A DNA stretch of 64,000 nucleotides from Paraspadella gotoi (taxonomy: Eukaryota > Animalia > Chaetognatha): contig CM119266.1 in the NCBI GenBank assembly GCA_051294375.1, positions 13,056,864 to 13,120,863 on the forward strand, read 5' to 3'. The translations under genes and the position numbers were made by a program. Each line of letters starts with the position of its first letter. The first letter of the stretch is position 1. This document shows, in pieces, positions 26,215-40,790 of this stretch. Below the pieces are notes generated by a model, which saw only the letters and a program-made list of their open reading frames with translations, was not told where the DNA came from and did not search any database.

Positions 26215-28015
26215 CTTCCGGCGCCGAGACTTTGTAAATGCCGAACCGAGACCGGAAAATCGGCGGTCAAGGAGTGCGGGAAATAATTCTGTCCGGTCGC
26301 GGGAGTCGGGCGGCGCCTGAGGATTTGGTCGATCATAATGTCGATACATTTTTTATTTCAATGAGAACTCTTTGTCTTCTTATCCGTCTAAAATTAATTA
26401 AAAATAATCGACTCGTTGAAAAAAAAAAAAAAAAATTAATGTAAGCGGAAGAAGAAATCCTTGGAAAACCGGATCCAGGAAACGGAGACGAAAAAAAAAG
26501 TTAGAAAAGTCGCCCCCCGAATTCCGGGTGAGTTTTGCACAGCGCCTCGGGCTGTTTTGTTTGTCTATTTTTGCTTTATGTCGCTCAGCGTGGGACTTCT
26601 CGTTGCCCTTGGGGTGCAGCTTTTGAAGTTTTCTCGATACTGGTTTGAAGAATGGAGAAAAGAGAGAGAGAGAGAGTAAGAAAGAGAGAGAGAGATTATT
26701 TAAAGCAAGTAACTCTTTTTGAATCGAGGGAGCGAGTTATTTTAATCGAGAGACCTGCTCCTCATCACTCGCGTTGTTGTTGTCACGAAATCGACGAGTT
26801 TCGTGACGAAAAATTTCATCGGAACTCGTTTCTCTTTTTCTTTTTATAATTAAGTATACTAGTTAGTAGTTAGTAGTTAATTTTCGAATAAGGTAGAAAT
26901 TTTTGAATCCGATTTTATTTCAATTATCCACGTAGCTTTTTAAGTTTTGCTCATTGAGAGATCTGGGCGCAGGTTTCGAATGAATCTCGTCATAAATTAT
27001 TAGCCATAAAAAAATTAATCGGTTTCAGAGGACAATGTATTTTTTTACTAAAGGGGAAAAAATATAGGTTGTCTGTGACCTGGACTTAAATAATTGATCA
27101 TTTTGAAACGAGTTTTTAAACGCACTGTAAACTCGCTCTTGTTTCGTGACTATTTATAGTTTTTGGTAAAGTGCTTAGTAAATGGTGGTAAAAAAGCAAA
27201 AAGTATCATAATATTCTGCTTTCGCATATGCACAATCTCTGAAGGTTTATTTTGAACATGTTTATTCCTCTTTCTTCCTACTGAGGCGACTACACTACAA
27301 ACCTTTTTCCTTAATTTTTATCAATACATAATATACATATGTATAGCAACCTCTCTTTTGGAGAGCAGATTTTTGACTAGAATATAGCAAGGTTCACCTT
27401 TGATAATATATAGAAAGCAATAACAGTCGAACGAAATCGTATGCTAACTTATTGACTTTTGACTTTTCTCGCTTCTAGATGCAAGATGTCGCTGCTTCGA
27501 AAACTAAGTGATGGTGTAAAAAAATTCAACAAGAGAGCAGGTCGCCTTTTAAAAAGTTATTAATGCTAGACGAAAATTTCATTTATAATTATGTTCATTT
27601 CACTTGGAGCGATAATACTATAAATGGGACAGAATTTAGCAAAGGAAGTGAATCTAAGACACACTTCCCAGTCCGTGAGTCGTAATATTTAAGTTGAGTC
27701 TCCGGCGCGCCAGACTCTAAAATCCCATAATCTAATGATAGTTTTTTAAATTTATTATCAACAAATTAAAACAAAATTGAAAAAAAAAAGTTTTATATAT
27801 TAGTCTGTCAAAATGTACTCTGAATACTTTTTTTTCGGTTTGAAAAACGATGATGGTCTCGGGCTTTGCCATCTCCATTTTCTTTTTCGCCTTAAACTTT
27901 GATATCATCGAATTCAGACAGCTGGAATCCATAAAGCCTTTCTTCCGTCTCGCGCCGCGCTGGCGGAATATAATCGCTGCCTTTTGTTGGAAATGGAGAG
28001 AGAAGAGAGAGAGAG

Positions 28016-28070
<55 letters not shown>

Positions 28071-28791
28071 AGAAGAGAGAGGAGAGACTTTCGATATCTT
28101 CTTTGTTTAAAGCTTGAATGAAAATGGTTGCGGGGATATTTCTTCAGCTTTCAAGTCTTCCTTTACTAACAACGCTATGGAACCTTGGATGTGACAGACT
28201 TAGAGCACTTCTCGTTCCGCGAATTTCCTGACCTTTTTCTTCCATTTTTTTCTCTCTCTCGAAGAATATTTTCTTTCGGTCCTGAAAACCGAAGAGAAGT
28301 AAAAGAAAAATGGGAGGAAGAGAAGGAGAACCTTTGAAATGTGAAGCCCGTGAGACCTGGAGAGAGTGAGGGCTGAACCCGGTAAGAAACTCGGATAGGT
28401 AAGAAAGGAGAGAATCAGACATCAGTTCAATAGTGGAATATATTCAGGATAGAACAATCTTTTAACTTTAAACCTTCTTTCGAGTGGTCAAGGAAGTTCA
28501 TTTGATCTTGGAGAGGCCACTCATTTCGATTTGCCCGTACCAGTTTTGTCTTTTTCGAGTCTCTCGTTCCCTTTCTCTTCATGATAGATCCCAAACTCGT
28601 AACATGACAAATCGCAGCGACGTTCACTTAATATAAAGGTGTTCGCTACCAAAGAAGGATTTGTCATGAATTAAAGTAAAGGGGGAAGAAAAAGGAAAAA
28701 AGAAGAAAAAAACCAAGGGAGTCTCTCTTTCCTCTCTCTCTGCTCTCTCTCTCCTCTCTCTCTTCTTTTCCTCTCCTCTCTCTCTCTCTCC

Positions 28792-28828
<37 letters not shown>

Positions 28829-29708
28829 CTTCTCTCTCTCTCTCCTCCTTCGCCCGGAGAAGAATTCCGTTCACGTTCGCGAAAAGCTTAATGGCGAATG
28901 AAACAAAAGAAAAGAATGATGGGAAAACGGGGTCCATTTAAAGCGAAAAAATGAAGAGGAAAAAAAAAAAAAAGAATAAAACATTGGGATTTGCATGAAA
29001 AAGAAGTATTCAAGAAAAAAAAAAGCAGGTGCTCTGTTTTCACCTGAGCCAGCTGTGCTTTTTTCGTCGCTTACGAAGCGTCTACATGGAATAAAGAAAT
29101 CATTTTTATTCATTTTTTTATATATTATATATTATATGTATTATTTCTCCTCAAATTTTATTTTGTGCTCTTTTGAGGGTCAACGATTTCTGCTCTCGAG
29201 GTCGTTCGGTGTCCAGAGAGAAATTTCTTTGACTCGCGTAGCGAATCGAGTTCGAGACTGGATGTAGCTAAAAAATTTTTAATAGTAAATAGTAAGAGCG
29301 CAGTAAATTCAACTTTTCAAAATGACTAAAACCGAGAGCTTTGGAAGCAACAAATATATAATCCAAATGAGACCATAACAATGCAACAACAGTACTCGCG
29401 ACCCACTCACTCGCTATCCCTCTTTCATCGCACCCGTCACCCCCCCGTCTCCACTCCCCCGTCACCCCCTCCGCCACCACCGCCGCCACCTCCCCCCGAC
29501 TCCCTCGGCTAAAGTTTCGCCGGAGGTTTCATTTGGCGTCGGAATCAATTAGCGTCTAACCAACGCTGATGTTGGCCGCCGCCAGCAAATGGCAACAAAC
29601 TCTTGACGAGTTGATGCCAGAAGGGGAGAGATCCGCGATTCTCTGGGGGCGTTGAAAGAGAAGAGAGAGAGAAGATAGAGAGAGGAGAGAGAGGAGAGAG
29701 AAGAGAGA

Positions 29709-29757
<49 letters not shown>

Positions 29758-31277
29758 GTTGGGATTGAGGGATGAAGGAATAAGGATGGAGAGTTGGAGA
29801 ACGGGGGGGGGGTGGTTGAGCGTAGATGAGGATAGGATTATTTAGTGAAGAGAGAGTTTGAAGATGAAAGTTGTTTTAGGCTGAGGAGCGGAGATGGCGA
29901 AAATGTACATATCTTATGGGAGATTGAGACGAAGAGTGAAGACCTCTCCGGCGAATAGTAATTCCGAAAAAGGATTAAAAAGAAAATTCTCCGAAAATGG
30001 TTAAGGAAGGGTATTCGTGTGAAGTGAAGATGTTTGAAGAGAGTGAGAGAGAATGAGGAGACGCTCAAGCGAAGAGAGGCGAGCCAAGAATCTTTATCAA
30101 CGATTAAACAATTAATGTTTGCTTTCTTTTTTCTTTTCTCTCATCTTTTCTGCGATGTTATCTCGACGGATCTTTTTATCATCGCTTGCTAATGATTTTT
30201 TCTACGCGAGATAGACAAAGAAACCGAACGATCTTTATTTCAATTTTGAGTTAATGATTGTTTGCCTCTGGTTAATGGTTATGAATTTTACTGGCTTAGG
30301 GTTGGCTCCAGATCGAAATCAATAAACGATAAAAATAGAACATTGCGACGACGCAAATACACGTAGATAAAATCTATTTTCGATCATTTATCTCTATTAG
30401 TCGTCATAACTACTAAATCTAATTCTTATAACTGTCACTACATACATTGATCAAAAATAAAAAATATCAACGACCACCACGGACGTCGCAGAGTGCGCTC
30501 TGCGCAGTTTCTCAACAGCGCAGTCTCGCAGCAGCCACGTTATGAGGATATTCCAGATTCGAAAGGGAATAAAGATTGGACAACGGAACGACTTTTAGAA
30601 TGGTTTTTTCGTCGGAAATGGAAAAAAAGGGGTGTGGGGGAGAGGGGGGAGAAGGATGTGTGGGTATGTTGTGGTGGCGAGTGGTGGGGTGAGTGGTGAA
30701 CAGGATGGTAGCGGGTGAGTGAATTCGCGTCACCGCGGCGGATACGACGAATAAACAAGGTCATCGCCGTGAATATTTTTTTTTGTTGTTTTGGGGGGTT
30801 TTTGAGTTTTTTTTTGTCGATGGGATTTTTGAGGGATGGAAAGGGAAAGGGTCGTTTCAAATGGAAGAGAAGTGTAAAAAGAGTGACAGAGGAGTGATAA
30901 GTGAGGAAATTTACTGAAAATTTAGGAGGAATTTGATAAAAAGAAGATGGAAATATGAAAAAAAAACATCTTTACTTAAAAAATTGCAAAAAGGAGTGGC
31001 AAAAGGAGCAATTAAATAAAGAGGGGAGAGAAAAAAGTAAAATGAAAGTTGAAAGTGTGACGATCACAGGAAGTCGAGAAATAGGAAAAAAAGAAAATGA
31101 AGAGAAGAGTATAGGGGGCGGTGGAGGGCAGGGGGCGGCGGGGGGGGGGGCGAGAGGAAGGTGAGACGCAGACGCGACGACTATGGGGTCAATCTTCACG
31201 CTTTTCTTGATCTTCCTTCGCGCGGAAAACTCGTGAAGGGATTCTTTCCTCGTTTTTCTTTCTCTTTTCTTTTCTTT

Positions 31278-31369
<92 letters not shown>

Positions 31370-31463
31370 TATTTTCTTTTAAGTTTTTTCTTTCAGGTTT
31401 CTTTCTTTTCTTCTTTTTCATTTTCTTTCCTCTTTTCTTTCCTCATTTCTTCCTATGTATATT

Positions 31464-31551
<88 letters not shown>

Positions 31552-31641
31552 TCAACAAACAAACTTCTCTAGAAAGAAAATTCCCTTTCTTTTCTTCTGA
31601 TGATAGTTTGGAAAATAAAACCCAAAGAAAAAAAATCTTTC
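23514..31641 (+). repeat. Segmental duplicate, copy B (direct orientation)
   Basis: Near-identical to 1-9175. Differences are mostly homopolymer and 1-nt indels. It contains sequence where copy A has N gaps. Confidence 0.92.
31262..31553 (+). repeat. (TTTC)n microsatellite blocks
   Basis: Two long TTTC arrays. The corresponding region in copy A (~8000-9080) is a longer, scrambled T/C tract. Confidence 0.9.
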
Positions 31642-32704
31642 CACTTCGACGAGCAAAAAGTACTGGGGAAAACGAGNNNNNNNNNNNNNNNNNNNNNNNN
31701 NNNNNNNNNNNNNNNNNNNNNNNNNNNNNNNNNNNNNNNNNNNNNNNNNNNNNNNNNNNNNNNNNNNNNNNNNNNNNNNNNNNNNNNNNNNNNNNNNNNN
31801 NNNNNNNNNNNNNNNNNNNNNNNNNNNNNNNNNNNNNNNNNNNNNNNNNNNNNNNNNNNNNNNNNNNNNNNNNNNNNNNNNNNNNNNNNNNNNNNNNNNN
31901 NNNNNNNNNNNNNNNNNNNNNNNNNNNNNNNNNNNNNNNNNNNNNNNNNNNNNNNNNNNNNNNNNNNNNNNNNNNNNNNAAGGGAAAAGAAAGGAAAGGG
32001 AAAAGAAAGGAAAGGGAAAGAAAGGAGGACGTAGGGGATTGAAGAAAAGTTTAAAGTGTGGTAAGCTTACATTTACAATTCCCAGTGACGAAGATACAAT
32101 AAGAAATAGAAAAAGGAAAGGGGAAAGAGAAAAAATAACAATGTAAATGTGAGATTATTAAGGCGTAGAAAATTGAAGCTGAAATTTATTTTCAAGAAGA
32201 AAATTTGAGATTTGGAGAAGAACAAACCAAGTAAAAAAAATAAAAAAACTACAATGAAAGTAAAAGAACTATGTACAAAAAATAAAAAAAATAGTTTCCA
32301 TCTTCCAAACTGAACTTGAGTAAAAAATTTCTTTCTCTGCTCCTTCTACCGAAAGGACGAACGCGTAAATTTTTGATGGTTTTGGAAAACTAAGTTGGGG
32401 TAAAACTTGGTTTTCACTTAACGATTTTGTGAAAAAGGAAAAGGAAAAAGCAAAAAAATAGGTTTTTAAAATGCTTTTAGAATATTGTTGGAATACAAAA
32501 TTTAAAATTGATTTAAAATTATTTAAGGTGAGCTCTCGACAAATGATGTTTATCATCAACTGAGGAAGTTCAAAAACAATTTTTGAAAACAAAAAAATAC
32601 ATATTTGCAACTCCTTTCTAGGAGAAATAACTCTTACTTTTTCCCTTTTTTGTTAAAAAATAAGGTAGGGGCTAGGGGGGCAGGACTGACCCGGAAAACC
32701 CCCT

Positions 32705-33016
32705 TCGTTCGAGTTTCTCCGCTTCGAGAGACGCGTCCTCCTGAGGGAATCGTAATTCCTTTCCCTTTTCATCCTTCCTTCTTCTTTTTATCGTCTTTCC
32801 TTTTTTCCCCCCTTTTTTTGTGGTTCGTCGTAACGTTTTTTTATTCGTTTCATTCCTTTTCGGTTTTCTTATCTTTTTCTTGGGATTCTTCTTTAAAGTT
32901 CCGTTATATTTTGTTCTAAGTTGAGTAATGATAAACGTACTATAAACTTGTACAATGCAAATTTAAATTAAACTTGGGACGATGAACATTGGGACAACAA
33001 AGTAACGATGTATGTA
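32705..33016 (+). repeat. Second copy of the 19425-19761 segment
   Basis: Direct repeat, colinear with 19425-19761. Confidence 0.85.
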
Positions 33017-36000
33017 ACGAAATATAAAATTTGAACAGATTCCGTCGTCCCGCCGTCGAAAACAAATCTAAACAAACAAACAAACAGAGAATAAACCAAA
33101 AAGAAAAACAAACAAACAAACAAACAAAAAAAAAACCGTGGAATTTTTTCCAGACGCGATCGAGTTCAAACCCTTTTCATGATGAAAATTTCACGTATAC
33201 AATATTAATAAACTTAAAAATTCCCTAGAAAATAAAATCCCCCTCCTTTTTTTTTCGCGCCACCAGCTGTTGTTCTCTCGTGGAAGTCGCTCGGGAGACG
33301 TGACAAACGATCGCTTCGGCGGAACATATGGCGCAGTCTAGTGACGCCACTGGCGAGGGTGGCGAGGCACGTAGCGTGACGGAAAGGATGGGGTTGGTGC
33401 GGCGCGGTGGCGTGGCGCTTAGGACCGGGTTGGTGCGGCGCGGTGGGGGTTTGACGAAAATGAGCGTGGGGCCTATGGGGATTGTGGTGAATGAAGGGAT
33501 TGTGCGGATGCGGGGCGATTTAGTGTGAATATGAAGGGATCAGTGCGTCAGAGCGGCACTGTTGCGATTTGGAGGAGACCGGCACGGCCCCGTGGCGAAA
33601 GCCAAAGGCTTTGAGAACGGCGATGCCTTTGGGAATGAGTTTTGTGTGGTGTAATGAGGAGTGAGGTCACAAGCGGATAATTACTCGACTACAATATAAT
33701 ACATTCTGTAGTTGGATTTCACAAAACAAAAGCAAAAACCTTTTTTGGTATCGTAAATTATCAGGTTCCACTTGATGTTAAGTTTAGCATCACTTTCCTC
33801 GAATGAAGCGCATACTTCTCTTTATTTAATGAGAGAGAAAGTGAAAGAGAGAAAGAGAAACGACGATTTGTTTATTTATTTATTCCTCGTTTTGAATCCA
33901 TCGTCATTCGCGAACCTCGAAAGCTTTTGTTTAGTTATTTTGTGGTCTCCGCCATCTCGCGTCGCCGTATCCGTCTCTCCGCTCCTCATCATCATCGTCC
34001 TCTGGCGGAGAAATAATGTTTTATAAAAACNNNNNNNNNNNNNNNNNNNNNNNNNNNNNNNNNNNNNNNNNNNNNNNNNNNNNNNNNNNNNNNNNNNNNN
34101 NNNNNNNNNNNNNNNNNNNNNNNNNNNNNNNNNNNNNNNNNNNNNNNNNNNNNNNNNNNNNNNNNNNNNNNNNNNNNNNNNNNNNNNNNNNNNNNNNNNN
34201 NNNNNNNNNNNNNNNGCAAGGGAAAAAAAAGATTCGGGTGGGAGAAACATCGAGGGGGCTTAACGTCGTCGAGATAAAATAACGGTGACGACGACGAGAG
34301 GAAGAGAAAAAATAGAGGATAAAAATGTTGTTGAGAGAAAAGAGAAAGAAAGAATTGCCGAGTGAGATGGAATGCGGGAAAAAGTGAGAGATAATGAATG
34401 ATTGATAACGAAAAAGATAAAATGACTTGATAAAAATTTAAGAATGTTTATAAATTTATGAACTTTCTTGAACAATTAAGTCAGTAATTTTATGAATTAC
34501 GTGGCTGTCAATTTTCGATGTGACTTTTAAAAAGATGTGGCGCAAGCAAGCAAGCAAGCAAGCATTGCCATCTTACCTCAAGTCACGCTCCGCTACATCG
34601 ATTCGCGGTTATGTTAAAACGTCGACATAAACGCAAACTCCTCTCGGCGAGGATCGTCAGTGAATTCTCGAAGAAAGAACAGAGAGAGATGTCGCTTTTA
34701 TCGGAAAAAAGGACAATCGGCCCCGTCTTTATCTCCGATTCTCAAAATGGCGCCCGACCTCGATCTTCGACCGTCATCGACGTCGCTGTTAGGGCGTAAG
34801 AACAGCNNNNNNNNNNNNNNNNNNNNNNNNNNNNNNNNNNNNNNNNNNNNNNNNNNNNNNNNNNNNNNNNNNNNNNNNNNNNNNNNNNNNNNNNNNNNNN
34901 NNNNNNNNNNNNNNNNNNNNNNNNNNNNNNNNNNNNNNNNNNNNNNNNNNNNNNNNNNNNNNNNNNNNNNNNNNNNNNNNNNNNNNNNNNNNNNNNNNNN
35001 NNNNNNNNNNNNNNNNNNNNNNNNNNNNNNNNNACGTCACTTCCGGTCGAAGACGAAAAGGCGGAAGTGGTTGTAACAGAATGTTAAAGTTTGCAGCGTT
35101 ACGAAAACTGGGGAAGTGAATGGNNNNNNNNNNNNNNNNNNNNNNNNNNNNNNNNNNNNNNNNNNNNNNNNNNNNNNNNNNNNNNNNNNNNNNNNNNNNN
35201 NNNNNNNNNNNNNNNNNNNNNNNNNNNNNNNNNNNNNNNNNNNNNNNNNNNNNNNNNNNNNNNNNNNNNNNNNNNNNNNNNNNNNNNNNNNNNNNNNNNN
35301 NNNNNNNNNNNNNNNNNNNNNNNNNNNNNNNNNNNNNNNNNNNNNNNNNNNNNNNNNNNNNNNNNNNNNNNNNNNNNNNNNNNNNNNNNNNNNNNNNNNN
35401 NNNNNNNNNNNNNNNNNNNNNNNNNNNNNNNNNNNNNNNNNNNNNNNNNNNNNNNNNNNNNNNNNNNNNNAGCCTCGAGATTCCGAGACGAAGGTGAACA
35501 AATTACCTCCATTTTCTCGACCTTTGACCTTCGTCACGGGGTGAGGTTGAGGTGAGGTTGAGTTGAAGGTGAGGTAAGGAAGAGGTTTTGTTTTGAGAGA
35601 GATTTAGCGAAAGAGAAGTCAGTTCTTTAATCTGTTCTTCGACAAAAATACACAAGGAAAAAACACGAACACAAAAAAATTCTTAAACAACATCTTAGAA
35701 ACTTACAAAACTCACCACATATAGTATGTATTTATAAGTTAAAAGTCACTAACATGGGAATATTTTATGTACAAATTTCCTCTGAATATTTTCGGTCAGC
35801 AAAAGAGGAATCATTAATGGACGACAGCGATGATAACGAATACGACGATAACGACGACGACGACGACGAAGTCAGCATCGGCGCCGATAAAAAAAGTGAC
35901 GCCGACGACGTCCCCGCCGATAACGACGACGCCGGCCGAACGAAAAAAACGCCGGTGATGAACGACGCCGCATTTTATGTTTCCCCCGATTTCTTCCATC

Positions 36001-39000
36001 GGCGTCTTTCTTTTTTTCTGGAGGCGCCGTTCACCGTCTGGCGCCGCGCAGCGCGAAATGGGCGTGGCACGGATCTGGCCGCGGCGCCGCCCGGAAGCGA
36101 ATCGACGCAGGTGAGGCGAAAAACATCTTTTGTGGGTCAGAAAATCGAGGAAATTGGGGTCAGGAAAAAAACGCGAGAGTGTGTGGAAATGGAAGAACGT
36201 GGGGGGAGGAAGGGGTGGGTGGGGGGGTAAATGGGAAAAGGGTGGGTCGGCGCCGATGGAAAGATTTTGAAGTGGAGATTGCGGGATGCGTGCTTCTGAC
36301 TGCGTTTTACGTGATTGAGATTCGTCTGTGCAGAAAATAAAAAAGAAAATGCAAAGAAGCGGAGTGGAATATATTTACGATTTGCAGTAGGCAAGTCTAC
36401 AAGATGCAACGTGCAAAATGCAAGATCTACAATACGGTAAAATAGGGTGGAAGGATTGAAAATAAAATTCAAAGAAACGAAAGAGGGCGTGGAATTGCAA
36501 ATAGGTGCCCTTCGTTAGCAAATGAAGAGTTTTGAACACGCGACCTAAGAAAGCTTCGTACGAAAGACGATGATTCGTTCAACTGACCCATTGTACCGTC
36601 CCATTGTCAACAACTCAACGTGACAACGCTAAAAAATCGTCATTCGCTCTCTCAATTCCCTTACCCTACCAACTACCAACTACCAACTACTAAATACTTA
36701 CCCCTCTTCTCCACACACCCTACCCCATTTCCAGACTCGATGCGGCTTCGCCTATAAATATTGTGGTTCTATTTCTGCTGACGTTTTCTTGGCCAAACAT
36801 TCGCCTTCTAAAATATTTATGGGAGAGAGGATTCTTTTTTTTTTCCATCGTCCGCCTTTTTCCCCCCAAATNNNNNNNNNNNNNNNNNNNNNNNNNNNNN
36901 NNNNNNNNNNNNNNNNNNNNNNNNNNNNNNNNNNNNNNNNNNNNNNNNNNNNNNNNNNNNNNNNNNNNNNNNNNNNNNNNNNNNNNNNNNNNNNNNNNNN
37001 NNNNNNNNNNNNNNNNNNNNNNNNNNNNNNNNNNNNNNNNNNNNNNNNNNNNNNNNNNNNNNNNNNNNNNNNNNNNNNNNNNTGAAAGAAAAATGTCGAT
37101 GGCTGACCCGGTTAGAAAGAAACTAAGAAAGAGGTTAATAGTGGCATTTAACATTCATTGCTTTTTTTATTGATGAAGACTGAAAAGGGTTTATTTTTTT
37201 CTGTCAAGTCTCGATACGAAATTCTGTTGAAAGTTACTTTAAAGCTTATTTGATTTACAGTAAAGGTCAGTCGACCCTAAAGTTAACACCCAGGAAAAAC
37301 CGCCTTCAACGACGTCCTCAATGGACGAGGTTGATGGGCCTGACCCTCGAGGTTAATAGACATTTGCGTCGCCCATTGATGAGGAGTGACGTGGCGTCGT
37401 CGAGCTTTTCCGAGAAATGGATTCGGCGACCTCTCGGCCTCGAAGGACAACGGTCAGGGTCGAAAATCCATGGGTTGAAAAACGATGACGTTAAGAAGAC
37501 GGTCAGGGGTTGAAGTTTCTTTATTGATCCTTCTTTTTTATTCATGTCTAATGTCTAACCTATTCAATTTTTAAATTACTTTCTTTTCTTTTCCTTAGGA
37601 AAAACAGTTTTTAAGGTCAACAACGATTTATTATTGGATATAAGTCGGACAAGTTTCAACTCTTTATTAAGAGTCTTCTTCAGCGATTTTTAACAATCAA
37701 CAATTTTCTCTCTTTAACATTAGCTTTGAGAGTGAGAGAGAGGAGGGATTCCAACAAAGAATTTAGAAAGGACAGTGGTCAGATGTGAGGACAGGTGAAG
37801 GTAAGGACAGGGAAGAAGATAAGATTGGTTGAAACTTGAAAGATGAAAAAATTGAGAGAGAGAGAGAGAAGCAACAGAGGCAGAGAAAATAATTACATTT
37901 AGCAATGTACAACAGAATAATAAATGGAAAAACTTAATACTAAACTAGTAATAACAAAGAGAAATTAATAATTTAGTTAAATATTAAGAATGAAATGTGA
38001 AAGGGAAAAATAAGTTGTTTTCTTTTCCTTAACTTTTCTCTTCTGTTTGGTTTTTCTTTTTTTTATTGTCTTCCTATTTTTTAAAAACAAATTTTGATCA
38101 AATTTTTTTCAATTCTATATCAAACCCAGTAAGTTTTTTTTTAAATTTATTTTGATATTCTTAATATTATTTTGAACAAAGACAAATAAATGTAGTGTGA
38201 CATTTTTTTTATAATCGAGATTCGATTTCTGAGAAACGCCGAGTTGACATTTTTTCGTCGAGGCGAAAAAATGGAAACAGCCAATGAAAATCATTGTTCA
38301 AAATGTCTGTGACAAAATAAATTTGTTTGTATGTTGTATGTACTTTAGTATCAAAAAAGTATTTCAATATTTGTAAATGGTATTAAAGTTATGAAACCTA
38401 AAGAGACGAAAACCACAGGCTAATGGGAGTGAGTGGTCCTGCTAGATGGGGAGTTTTCAAAGACGGGAAATTATTATTAACGACTACAGATTTCCGTCGA
38501 TGTTCCGGATTTGGTTTTGAGCTTTCATCGAAATTGACGACGGAGAAAAAGGTTACCAAAAAGCAGATCTGTCTGATAAACAAGAGTTTACAATAAAACA
38601 AACTATAATATTTCATAAGGAATACACAAATTTGTCTGAAGGACTTGAAGGTATGAGAAAATGTATTCGAAAAGAATCTCTTTAGAGTACGTCATGAATT
38701 TCGTCTATCTTCGGAAATAACAACGACGACAGTTACGCGGCGACACTTTCGAATCCACAGATCGTTGCCAAGGTTAATGATGTCTCTTCAAAAGCAGAAA
38801 ACCGCGAAGACGTCGTCGTCGTCGTCGTTGTCGTCGTCGTNNNNNNNNNNNNNNNNNNNNNNNNNNNNNNNNNNNNNNNNNNNNNNNNNNNNNNNNNNNN
38901 NNNNNNNNNNNNNNNNNNNNNNNNNNNNNNNNNNNNNNNNNNNNNNNNNNNNNNNNNNNNNNNNNNNNNNNNNNNNNNNNNNNNNNNNNNNNNNNNNNNN

Positions 39001-40429
39001 NNNNNNNNNNNNNNNNNNNNNNNNNNNNNNNNNNNNNNNNNNNNNNNNNNNNNNNNNNNNNNNNNNNNNNNNNNNNNNNNNNNNNNNNNNNNNNNNNNNN
39101 NNNNNNNNNNNNNNNNNNNNNNNNNNNNNNNNNNNNNNNNNNNNNNNNNNNNNNNNNNNNNNNNNNNNNNNNNNNNNNNNNNNNNNNNNNNNNNNNNNNN
39201 NNNNNNNNNNNNNNNNNNNNNNNNNNNNNNNNNNNNNNNNNNNNNNNNNNNNNNNNNNNNNNNNNNNNNNNNNNNNNNNNNNNNNNNNNNNNNNNNNNNN
39301 NNNNNNNNNNNNNNNNNTTTTACGATTTTCTTTGTTATTTCTTTATTATGATGGTGCTTAAATAGGTGACGCCGTGAGCATAAATTTATTTACCATTCCG
39401 TTAATAATTGTAGTTTTTGTTAGTTTATATATTTTTTTATCGTTACTTTCATTTTTGCGCTCAAGACGAGAAATGACGATTTTCCTCCCCCCTCTCTCTC
39501 TGTCTCTCTCTCTGTCTCNNNNNNNNNNNNNNNNNNNNNNNNNNNNNNNNNNNNNNNNNNNNNNNNNNNNNNNNNNNNNNNNNNNNNNNNNNNNNNNNNN
39601 NNNNNNNNNNNNNNNNNNNNNNNNNNNNNNNNNNNNNNNNNNNNNNNNNNNNNNNNNNNNNNNNNNNNNNNNNNNNNNNNNNNNNNNNNNNNNNNNNNNN
39701 NNNNNNNNNNNNNNNNNNNNNNNNNNNNNNNNNNNNNNNNNNNNNTCTCTCTCTCTCTCTCTCTCTCAATTCTCTCGAGTATTGCTTTCTGATTAATATT
39801 CTTCACTTTTATGAAGGGTTTGTATTCGTTTTCATTTATTTTGTTTTTTTTAAACATGCTTGGTTGACTCTCATAACTAGTTTCTATTAATCTTAAGTTT
39901 TTTCTTGCTTATTTATTTATTTTTACTTTCCTGCCTCTTATTTCTTTTTATTTTTTTTTCTTTCTTTCTTTCTTTCTTTCTTTTTTTCTTTCTTTTTCTC
40001 TCTCTTTCCCTCATTCTCTCCTCCTTGATTGTCCTTTCATCTAAAAAGCTCGCGGCAAAACCTCTCCCCCCCTCTCTCTCTTCCCCCCCTCCCCCCCCAC
40101 CGCTCAGTTAGAGCTCCATTCAGCTTCGACCTTCGTCAAATTCCGACGCCTCAACTTTTCTTCGCTTTCATCACCATAAAATTCTATGAAGCTCGATCGC
40201 CCGAGGGATTTCCAGCGGTTTATCTGCGGATTCTACGATATTTCTATTTATTCAGTATACTGTTTAAATCCACAAACTTATTCACTAAAATATACAGATG
40301 AAAAAATTTCAAATTTTATAAACCGTGAGTTGCTTCTTTTTAAAGCCTTAGTTTTTATCCACTCAAACTTTTCTCTGAATCAAACTCTCTATTGTCTTTT
40401 TCTCATTTTTCACATCTTGCTGCCCCTCA

Positions 40430-40483
<54 letters not shown>

Positions 40484-40694
40484 GTGGTGTCATAGATCTT
40501 CCTCAATTCATCCCTCCATCACCATTGCAATCCAAGCACAAGTTCCCCAATTGTCAGGGAGAGATCTTTTTTTCTCGGTCTGTCTTCTCGAATTTTCTTG
40601 AATTTTTTCCATCTCTTTTCTAGATGCATGTAGTGACCACCAGAAGCAAATGAGAGGTAGAATCAAGTATTGCATTATATTTTTTATGTAATAA

Positions 40695-40790
40695 TCATTT
40701 ATTCATTCATTCATTTATCATTCATTCATTTATCATTCATTCATTCATTAATTCATTTATTATTTATTCATTCATTTCTTTCTTTCATTC
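40695..40790 (+). repeat. (ATTC)n degenerate microsatellite
   Basis: Visible attcattcattc units. Confidence 0.85.

Noticed and set aside
35754-36230. 158-aa acidic ORF (MDDSDDNEYDD...)
   Set aside because: Driven by GAC repeats that are common in non-coding DNA here; no domain and no clear splice context. Not excluded, but unsupported.
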